From contig DF237131.1 in NCBI GenBank assembly GCA_000708835.1, forward strand, positions 93,882 to 157,881: a DNA stretch of 64,000 bases, given 5' to 3'. Every line of letters begins with the position of its first letter. The first letter of the stretch is position 1. Positions 50,573-60,827 of the stretch are shown here, in pieces. A model generated the notes under the pieces. It did no database searches, had not been told where the DNA came from, and worked only from the letters and a program-made list of their open reading frames with translations. Origin of the DNA: Klebsormidium nitens. Taxonomy: Eukaryota > Plantae > Klebsormidiophyceae. The translations under genes were made by a program, and so were the position numbers.

Positions 50573-50730
50573 GTTGCACATGAGCCTAGCTGCTCGCTAA
50601 AGAACCGGTAGGTTGATCGGGTTATCAATTGAAGCGGGGGGGTTATATATATTGTTTGAGTAGAAAACTTATGGATGGGGGGGGTGCGGGCTTCGCTTTT
50701 TTGCAGACGAACGTCTGCCCAAGAAACTAG
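50573..50730 (+). mobile_element. Probable Helitron 3' terminus (element probably spans the gap)
   Basis: GC-rich hairpin gcagacg-aa-cgtctgc (50703-50718), 8-nt spacer, CTAG (50727-50730), followed by T. This is the canonical Helitron 3' signature. Confidence 0.55.
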
Positions 50731-51123
50731 TCTTGAGTTTCATCAGATTTCAGCGCTACCTGGGGACATCATTCATACCGTATGACATATTATGAGTAGA
50801 GACCCTCCCCGAAATTGTAGTGCGGCCGTCCGATGTTCTTATCGGACGGCATAGCATCCAGAAAGTTTGGAGGGTGAGCGTCGACCGTCCAGATCGAAGA
50901 CTGGAAAGCGCATCCGACGGTCCAGGATACCCCTTGACACTGAACAGGATCAGAACTGTGGTACTCAGGCAGACCACCGGTAGTGTCAGTGATGAGTGCG
51001 CATTCACCTCCCTTCCGACCAGATCACACACTGACACACATGTGCGCAGGGCAGAACCTGGTCATCATCATGCGCGGGGAGCGTTTCATGGCGGAATCAC
51101 CACGTTGAACACGGAGCAGCAGC

Positions 51124-52563
51124 ATGGCTCTGCGGGGAGTGTGGCAGCTGAAGCGCTTGGTGATCAGCTTCTGTGATTTCTCGGGGAGCAGCAAGGGGGC
51201 GCGGTACGGTCCGGCGCTTTTTTCCTCCACTTTTTTTGCCGCTCCTGACAATGCTGGGAACAACTTTTGATTTTCTTTCCTACGCAACTCCCTTTGGTAG
51301 GGGATTGATGCGACGGATGTAAATACTGATATTGCTTTGCAGGTGGACCATTACCTGCCTGGTTCAGAATTAGGGTTTACTGCCTCACATGATCGTATTC
51401 ACCGGTGACCTTCTTTGAAGAGCTGCAGAGTTCAGTGCAAGCCTGAATGAACTACGTGCCGAAACAACCGGCCTTCCTACTGCGGAAGCATGATACAAAT
51501 AAGAACAAAACTGCAACATTCACTGATTGATGGTTTTGTTAGTGGTTTTTGCACCCCTCTTGGGTCTACATTCTTTGTGCCGCGCCTGAACTTTGTACGA
51601 AGGGCATGAATTTGCATCAGCTACAGCACGTTCTGTGCGGGGGTGATCAGCCGCTTACTGCTCTTGCAGGGACTTTGCTTTGAAGGGCCAGCTCGAGGAG
51701 TTCATCAAGGCCAACCCACAAATTAGAATCCTGACGCACATCAACCGGGGCCAGCATCCGTATTTAAAAGGCACATACGGTGAGGCACACTTCGAAGGGC
51801 TCTGTAACAATTTGAGAGTACGCCTCAGGTCGGCCCAAGCCTTTTCTTGTTGCCCCGCCCTTTCCACTTTCCAAAGAGGTAACTTTAGGATCTGTACCAC
51901 CGAGCGAGGCCGTCAACTTGTACATATCATAGGTGCCCCAGAAACCCCAAGCGAGTTCTTATGCAGCCACAGTAAAGGAAATTTGCAGCACAGTGGAGCA
52001 TGGTCGGCGGATGCCCTGACGATGAGACTTGACGCAATATGGAGCTTTCTGCTTGACGATGGGCTTCGGTATGTCATGTGCTTGTATTGAAACATGCAAG
52101 TCTGATTCTTCGATTGTTACAAGAGAGGGTTGAGCTCGCAACTCTGCAGCTTTCCAGAAGGCTGAGGTCTGTGCGCCTAGCCAACCGCTGGGAAAAAGGT
52201 TTGAGAGTATAGACCATGATCTGATGCTGGGGCACCTGGGTCTTTCCAAAACACGCATGACAGTGACGGGGTTCAACCGAGTACACTTTACTACTTTGCA
52301 AATCTCAATTGCCTCCGCACATTTTGACCAGATCCTTGTGTGGCCCTTTTGCAGCGAACCTTTCTGAGCACAGCGTTGGGGTGAAGAACCAAGACAGCAA
52401 GGCCATATTGGAGGCCGCTCTGACTCTCCGGAACGCCACGGGGAGGAAAACGACGCTTCCATTGCGGAACAGGCAGGTCACGAGGACGCCCAGTATACAG
52501 GGGACTTGGACGCCTTTCTCAAAAATACGGGCCACGACGGTCCGAGAAAATATCGAGCAATAA
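51124..52563 (+). CDS. MRPL43: Mitochondrial large-subunit ribosomal protein mL43 (L51/S25/CI-B8 family); exons 51124-51203, 51670-51779, 52355-52563
   Basis: MALRGVWQLKRLVISFCDFSGSSKGARDF...NPQI...NRGQHPYLKGTY...VGVKN...LRNATGRK...TPSIQGTWT closely matches plant mL43. Introns join in frame (phase 2, phase 1). Confidence 0.95.
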
Positions 52564-53849
52564 CAAAGATGGGCTGCCACCTTGGGGGTGCATGAAAGCT
52601 CCGTTTGTAGATTCATGTTGAGGCGCTCTTGTATATACCAAGTCATTGATAGTTGAAGTCCTTTCTCGGCAAGTTTGTTCGCTAAGGCTTGATAGATTCA
52701 TCTGTCAACGGTCAATGAAGTCGACGGTTGCCCTTAGGGGCATGTCAATCCCCTGATTTATATCTGAGGAAGTTCAGCAAGTCATTTTAACGAAACTTGC
52801 CGGTCCGGCCAGGCACAGTATTAACTTCTTGGTATCGCGCTGTACCAAAGACAAAGCATTCAGACTACAATTGCGAGATTTGGAGTTTAACTTATGCGCA
52901 CCTGGTTGCGCACTGAATGACTTGCATGTTCGGTTGCACGAACGAAGAATGAAAGCTCACATGCACTGATTGCTGTAATACAACGAGATTTAGAGAGCCG
53001 TGATCTACACATTTCAGTTCATGACCGAACTCCATGCAGCCGCGGTTAATCTACACCTAACTGGATTGATGAGCCGAGTACGCGTCATGCCGGCCAATAC
53101 TGATATGGCTGCAGGCGACTCCAAATTTCAGAAGTTCTGCAAAAACGTTCAAATAAATTTTGACCGCGGGCGGCCCCATGCCGGGCACATAAGATACAAA
53201 ACTTTTTGCAGCCAGAATCTATAATTTTTCCATGGCGGCGGCCGCGGGCCAATTTCGGCAGGGTCAAAAGATTTATAGCTCACTCGATCAAGTGGGAGCC
53301 CGCCCAGATCGGATGCATGTCCAACTCAAGAGTCCGTCATATATTCGATCGACGCGTCCTCGCATAAATGATCGAATGAATCATTGGCGCAATCGAGTTA
53401 TGTAAGCTGACAAGGCTTAACATTCTCGCCGTTCGGGTCTCAGTCCGAGACGTTTTATTAACACGGGCCAGCATAATCTGGGTCGATCGTAGTGACCGCC
53501 TATAGTGCGTCTACAAGCGCGGCTCAGCTCATCATCGACCTCAATCATGTATGGGACACTTCTGCAGAGGCATAACCGCAGGAGCTTCCAAGTTTAGGCC
53601 TCGCACAATGTTGCGAGGAAAGAATACATGTCGTACCATCTGCAAATTAATCCATATCTCTCGCTTTTAACCTACCAGCAGAATTGCGAATTGCAGCATC
53701 TCTGAGCGGGCAGCTGCGCTTGCAATCGCAGCCCTCATTTACGCTGAAGAGCAAGAATTGAATCCTTAGGCCCGATGTCCTGGTGTGATTGCCGTCGTCA
53801 TGCTTCCGAGATGCCGCCATCGTGACGGCCAGCGCTCTTTCGACAAATC

Positions 53850-56800
53850 TCAACCGTTCGTCCCGTCATCCGACTCCCCCAACAATCCCTCCCGCACCGC
53901 CCCCCCCTCCTTCCGCACCAGCAAAACGCATCCCCGGCACAGCGTCTGCAGCCCGTCGAAGTTCGTCACGGAGCGCGCGTACTCGCTCGCGGGCTTCGTC
54001 TCCTCGCAGCGCGCGCACTTCTTCTCCTTCACGATCGGCGTCGAGAGCGGCTTCCGGTCCGCCTTCCACGCAAGGTAGCGCACCCGCTGGCACTTCTTGC
54101 AGTACGTGTCGTGGCCCGTCTTCAGCCCCTGAACAACAGAAATGACGATGTTGACAACGACAAATTACAATGATAATAATCATAACAATGGTAGAAGCAT
54201 ACTAACAGGTATCGGGGTTTCTCCATGATGACGACAACAGAAAATAGCAGCGACAGAGATAATCGGGGGCAAGGACCAACTCAAAGTCGCATCTGAGTGC
54301 CACGGCACCTCAGGTTTCAGTCCTCATCCGTATGCTTTGGGCCTGCGACTGTGACAACTTAGCAATCACTGCGACTAACAAACCCGTCACTGCCAAAGGA
54401 CTCGCACCGACTTCGGTGCCACTTGTTGCCTCAAGCCAGACGCCCTGGGATCGGCTCGGTCACTTGAAAAGTGCAGAGCGCAAAGGAATCTGAACAAGGA
54501 ACATTTATTTTTCAGGTCGGGGTCCGCGGACTTCAAGTCACCCGGGACCTGGGCACCCAAGAATCAGTAGCATCTCGCACCTTGTGCCGGCTGAACTCGC
54601 CGATGGGCTTCGTTTCGTGGCAGTGACCGCATTCTTGGTGGCTGATCTCTAGCCGGCGCTGGCCGACCCGCTCGCGGTACGCGGCCTGCTTGAGCGAGTC
54701 GCACGCGCGGCAGCGGAGCTTCAGGCCGTCGGGCTTGAGCGCGAACTCGAGCGCGGGGCGGAAGCGCTTGCAGTCGCTGCAGACGCGGCCCTCGAGAGAC
54801 GCCTGCACGAGAGGCAATGTTTGAGGAGACGTCGAAGAAACTAAGATTGCGGAAGGAAGTGAAGCCTTCTTTGATATTCAATAGTAGTCAAAGACGCGCT
54901 GTAGTACGCCCAGACTGCTTCAGGGTAACGAGAAAGAGTGAGGGGAAGCGCCTGCAGCCGCGGCAGACGCGTCTCTCAAGAGACGCCTGCGACATGGGCG
55001 AGTACTGAGGAGTCAATAATATATGCTTGGAAATTTCTGGAATAGTGAATAACGAGAAAGGGTGGGGGGAAGCGCGCTGTAGACGCGACCCTCTACAGAC
55101 GCTTGAGCAAAGACCGCGTATTGGCAATCATTCAAAACTTAAAAGTTTAGAAAAATGAACGACGAGAGAAAGTGAGCGGAAGCGTGCTGCAGACGTGACC
55201 CTCCAGAGACGCCTGCACAAAGGGCGCGTTTTGGCAATCATTCAAAGCTTGGAAGTTTGTAGTATAATGACATGATAAGAGTGAGCGAAAGCGCATCCAG
55301 ACGCTGCAGATGCGGCCCTCAAAAGACGCCTGCACGAGAGGCCATGTTTGAGGAGACATTATAGACTCTTTATTGAAGAGGTAGCTGAAGATTTCAAACG
55401 TTGAAGACTCAAAACTCTAAGGCTTGTCGAAGACCCCTGCTGTAAGATGCAGAGACTCTGCCTTGATGACAAGAAGTGAGCCTTTGATCGAAGTCACTGC
55501 ACACGCGGCCCTCCAGAGACGCCTGCACACAGGGCGCCTTTTTGTAGCCATTCCAACCTTGAACGTTTCAAAAACAATAATTCACGAGAGAAGGGTGAGC
55601 GGAAGCGCTTGCAATTGCTGCAGAAATGGCCCTCCAAAGACGGCACAAGGGGCAACGTTTGAGGAGACGGTGATGACGCCAATTCTTGGGGATGTAGACA
55701 AAGCACTTTTTGAGGAGTAGATAAAGGCTCTGAAGATTAAGGCGTCGCAGACTCAAGCGCAAGGCAATGAGTAGGCAAACGATGCTGCATTGAAGCGGCG
55801 TGGCAAGCCCGGCAAAGGGCGGAATTGGACGGAATGCAGTTCTGAAGAAGCCGTGGAAGAGGAATTGGGGAAGAAAATTGAAAAGTAAAAGGATCCTCAA
55901 CGAGTCTGCGGCGAACCCTTTTCCTGCCGCCTCGGGAATGAAGACAGTCCCAATACAACAAAGCAAGCAGTCGTGGTGATTATCGAAGACGGGGAGAGGA
56001 ACCCAGATTTTGAACATCACGTAAAGGCACAAGATTCCGCACATACCTGCGGCAGAATCTTGCCCCGCCGCCCCGCGTTGATGGCCGCATGGCAGGCCCG
56101 GCAGAAGGGGTTGAAGCCGTCGGCGGTGCTAACGGTGCGCGTGTAGTCCGCGAGCTCCTTCAGCTGCTCGCAGCGCTCGCACTGCTTCCCGCGCTGCCGC
56201 AGCGGGTGGTCCTTGAACGGGTCGTCGGCCTGAGGGAGACACCGGAGAGGCACTTAAGCTGGTTTGATATGTTACTTATGACGGTTTTCTTCCAAACATA
56301 TCGACCTTTTAGTATAGGGGCTGCTCAGGCCGCTGCAAGAATTTCCAAGCAAGGGACATTGATGGTGATTGAGGAAATGAAAAGGTTATTTTTGAAGGTG
56401 GAAGGTCTCTTTTCTAAAAGCGACATATATCAACAACTGCCAGTACGTGTGTTTGCCTGCTCATGGTAGCAAAGATCTGCAACAGCAGTGGCTATAACAC
56501 GAAGATGCCGAATCTTCTAAGAAAGTGTTTCTCATCAGCCATCAATTTGGCAATTCTATTACAAGACCGTTCGCTACCTGTCGTGGGGTCAGGTGGACAT
56601 GCTTCGGGGATGATCCTCTCCTCCAGGTTGCAGCTTGGTCCAAAAGAGTAAAGTATGGCTTGGACCAAAACCCGAAGAACCCACCTTGGAGACTGCCGAG
56701 TTCAAGTTCGTCCGCATTCTTCTCTCCTTTCGCAACGCCGTCGGCACTGCGGGTCCTTGCGTCTGGAGATGTGACATCCCCTCTGCTTCCGCCGTAACAG

Positions 56801-58958
56801 TCCCGCTGTCGAGAGAGGGATCCCTCTCTCCTGGAATCGACAACCCCCCTCGAGCATCAGCCGCTTGGACTCGAAGGCCCCCCTGCGCCAACTCCCGTCT
56901 AAGTTCCCACAGCTCTCCATCATCGGCAGGGGGCCGGCTCCCGTTCGGTTCTCCACTTCCGCTGACGGCCCCGTTGTTCTGCGCGCCAACTTCTTCCGTG
57001 TTGCACTGTGATCGTAAGGCAGCCCCAGTTTCTATGCACCTAGCGCCGCTCTCGACCGCTGCGTCAAGTAGCGACTGCTGCTCTTTTCGTACCCCACTCG
57101 CAGCGTCAGAAGCGCGAGATTGTTGAAAGCCGTCCACAGGGACGAGACTTGCCTTCTTAGTCCCTGGCTTCCGACCCCTTTTCTTGGGCGTTCTGACTGG
57201 CTCTTGTGAGCCGTTCCCTCCATGTTCGCTTGTCAGTACTCCAAACATGTCTTCCACGACAGCCCCCGTGCCTTCGCTCTCCCCCAAAACACTCACTCCT
57301 TCGGGAACCCCCCTCAATTCCGCTTCATTCCCAACCCCCAAAAACAAGGGACGTGGATCTTTCCGAGTAGAAGCCCCATCTCCGCTCTCCCTATCCCCAG
57401 CTCCGCTCCCAAAGTCTGCTCCATCCACCTTGCCCAGGAGTACTGTTTCTTCACGCCCAGGTATGGAAGCAACCGCTCCGGCCCCCCTTGTTAAACTGGC
57501 TTGTCCACCCCCCTGAAAGGAAGCCGCCGCTTCCGTCCCTCTTGAGAACCCTGCTTCTCTACTTGTCTTTGGCGGTCGACCCCTTCTTCTTGGCGTCCCC
57601 GCCGGCTGCCCTAAACCACTTTGGCTACTATTGGCTGTCATGCTAGCTTCGGCCGCAGATGCACTTCTCTCGCTTGCCTCCTCAAGACTCGGTCCCCTAC
57701 TCCCCTCCGCAGAGTCCCCTCTTTTGCCCCCTCCTGAGGGACCAGCTCTGTCGGGGCCCCTGGTTGCAGATGCTTCCCCTTTCTCACGCTCTGATACAGA
57801 ATCTTCTTCTCTGACCCCCCTGGGGGAAGCGCCTCCCACACTACCCCCTTCAGATCTACTTCTTCTCCCTTGCAATCTGGCTACTATGCCCCCCTCCGCA
57901 GAACCAGCTTCTGTGCTTCCCCCTGCCAAAACTGCCACTTCCGTCCCCCCCATGAAAGGGTCCTCTTCACCCCGTACACCGAACTCGGCTCCTCCATGCT
58001 CTGCCCCTCGCTCAGGCCCCCCTTTTCGCTGCGCGTTGGCTCCAACACCTTTTCGAGGGGCATACTGTTTCCACGCCCCCAGACTCTCCAACCGCTCCCC
58101 ACTATACTCCCTACTATCCAAACCTTCGTATGCCCCACCTTTGCCTAGAGCGCCGCTGACTGCAACATCTTGATCCATAGTGGCACCGTCCGATTCGCCT
58201 CTGCTCACAGCGTTTTGAAAGAGGCTACTTTCGGACGTCCCCATGGCTGGCGCTGTCCGAAGCCGCCCGCCGGCCCCCTCTGCCCCTCGCTCTGCTGACT
58301 TTCCCACATTTTGACAGGCGCCACCAATCATAGATGGTCGGCCCGTCCCTGAAAGCAGAAGTTTGACCGACCCCGCAGTGTTATCCAACGCAACTCCTCT
58401 GGACAGCGCGCCCTCACATCCCTCTCTTCCATTGATCGACATCTCCCTATCAACCACAGGGTCCAAGCTCATTATACTGCGTGCCTTTGCAGCGCCCCGG
58501 CGCCCCACGCATCGATGATGGCTCGTCTGCACGTCGCCCAGCTGCTCTAACCAGCTGCCAACCACCCTGAAAGTCGCCACTTTCACGGGCCGAGACTCTT
58601 CTTCAAAATCAAAGTTGTCAAGTTCGGCGCCGGGCGCATCTTGCTTCCTGGTTTTGGCACTTGTCTTGGCACTGGTGGCTACCTTCGCCTGTGCGGCGCT
58701 CGCTTTACAGCTGCACCTGGTGCTTGGAACCCTAGAAAACGGGTTAGAGCTGACCGGCCCCCCAGACCGTGCACAACCACCTATTAATGAAAGCCCGCCA
58801 GTGCTAGGCGCCTTGAAACATGGTTTGCAAAGGGAGCCCATCAACACTGGGAAATGCTGACAGCTGTTCTTCAGCCCTACCTCCCCGGGTTGTGCAGCTG
58901 CAATGGAGAGCACGCGACGGTCCTTCCAAAGGAAGCCTGGTGACGATGCTGCCTCCAT
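53850..58958 (-). CDS. Putative organelle-targeted DNA-binding protein: long disordered region with two AT-hook-like motifs, then four CxxC...CxxC zinc ribbons; exons 58958-56685, 56229-56047, 54802-54581, 54128-53850
   Basis: All introns phase 0 GT-AG. Motifs PRRRGRPPK (57567-57599) and PKKRGRKP (57162-57191). Repeats KQCERC...DGFNPFCRAC, RVCSDC...DGLKLRCRAC, QECGHC...TGHDTYCKKC and KKCARC...DGLQTLCRGC. Confidence 0.8.
54930..55670 (-). repeat. Six degenerate tandem copies of the acceptor and first ~15 codons of exon 54802-54581
   Basis: agacgcctgc-type cores at 54981, 55097, 55207, 55324, 55517 and 55638. The copy at 55285-55357 is 65/73 identical to 54758-54830. Confidence 0.95.
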
Positions 58959-60827
58959 GACCGCAATGCTGCCTGACTACAATGTGAGCGGCGCCGCTCA
59001 TTCTGAGAGGGTTACGCCGGAACCTTCAATTCATTGAGAGGACTATTGAGGCCAACCAAAAGGGAAGGCTCCCCTGCGAGTTGCTGTGTGGGCTACTCCT
59101 CCCCCAAGGTTGAAGAGGGGCTGTTTCAATTTGGCATTTGGGAAAGCCAGGAGCTCCAGGTGGCCCCGGGTGTCGGACCGCCCTTCTGCTGCAAGGCGCG
59201 AGGTATGAAGTGCGCGCGCCCCCGCGTTACACTCAAGTGCTAACCGGATTAGTGTTTAGCCTAATGAACCGGGTTATGCTTCGCGAGGTTCCGAGCGACC
59301 CAAACGCGCGCGGCCCGCCGGCCACAGGCTTGGCACTGACTGCGCGGCCGCGGACGTCGTGCGCGCAATGCGTGCCGCCCATCTGACCATCTGGCCCATG
59401 TGCAGTGAATCATCCGTGCCCAGACCACTGACGCTGCCACGGCCCTGTCTTGATTGCGCCTGTCAGGTTGCCAACTCTCGGAGAACCTCTCAGATCCCTT
59501 TTCTTTGATCCCTTCTCAAGAGACGTGGCGTCAATCAACATCTAATTCGTACAGCTATTGCGTTGCTCGCATCGCTTTCAATGAGAAAACAACGAGTTTT
59601 GAACGGGGATGGTCGTCCTAACAGCAATCCGGAGATAGATCAGCCGCTTTCCATGTAGATCAAGCGTCTCGCTCGCTTTTCGGTGCCTGTAGCTTATAGT
59701 GCTTTACATCAGGCTTTACATTTTGAGCAGCGGGGATGCGAATCTAGAGAGCAAATGTATGCTCGTGCCGTCATGCCGATCATCTGTCTGAATTTTGTCA
59801 CGAGAGGTTCATCATCAAGATCGAAGCACTTCACTTCAACAGGGACTCTCTTGCATGTCGGATGCTTCAATGTCGTCTGACGAGATTCGCAGCGCAGCAT
59901 CCCAAGCATGCGAGAATCTCGCCCCACGGCCATATCTGGAAATTCCTCAATCAGTCAAATATTGAGATTGACTCAACCAGATCATGACATCTGCATTGTA
60001 AATACAAGTATAAAAGATGGACCCCATACATTCGACCATCTTTACTCCTATCCTTCTTGTCTGGACACTGAAAGTGGTTGTTTATGGATGATAACATTGG
60101 AGGGGCGCACTACTTCTGGACAGCATATAATTGTGGCATTCACATCGGGGAGAGTGTCGCACATGCAAAACTGATATTATCAGTACTAAGTTAAACTGCG
60201 GGCAGCTCGAATGAGGTTCGAGGCAGGCGCTGCAATCTTCCGCAAGTTAACCCGTTGCAACATTGGAGCAATTTATAGACTAAAGAAATGCATATCTTGC
60301 AATAAACAACACTGCATTCTTCTCAAGACATGGAAAAGGTGCCCAGTGGCGGCAATCAAGTTAATTCTCACTCCACGTGTATATCATTCACTGGCTGTGA
60401 GCTAAAGCAGATAATCCGCAATGTGCTGTGTACCGTTCAAAAAGTCGACATCCTTTAACGAATGGAATGATCAACAACTGGTTGTTTGTGACAACCAGAG
60501 ACCACAGCTTTATGGACGTTGCAACTGTATAGCTTTCATTTGCTCGTGAAAGAGCGGACTCTTACAAGGGGTGACATTAGAGAGTGTGAGAGGTAGTATA
60601 CATAGAAGTGTCCACCCTGTTCGTCGTTCCATCGACGGTCGTCCTTCCTGACATCCGGCTCACACAAGAGCAGATATGCCGGTTTTGTAAATTACATTAA
60701 CACAAGTTGCGACTTTTGACTTTCTTTGCTTCACTCCCACTGCAATGGCAGTTGGGGTTGGCCGTTCACAGAACACAAAACATCAGCTAATAGCCTGCTC
60801 TTCTTTCTATAATGGATACCGCTTGCT

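Noticed and set aside
54758-55670. CRISPR-like repeat-spacer array
   Set aside because: Units are degenerate copies of a eukaryotic splice acceptor and exon, with related rather than unique spacers, and there are no cas genes.
56635-58173. Several + strand Ser/Pro-rich ORFs opposite the AT-hook exon
   Set aside because: Shadow ORFs of the 758-codon minus-strand exon.
59683-60174. Short ORFs between the zinc-ribbon and OsmC genes
   Set aside because: Under 90 aa, with no convincing splice context or recognisable homology.
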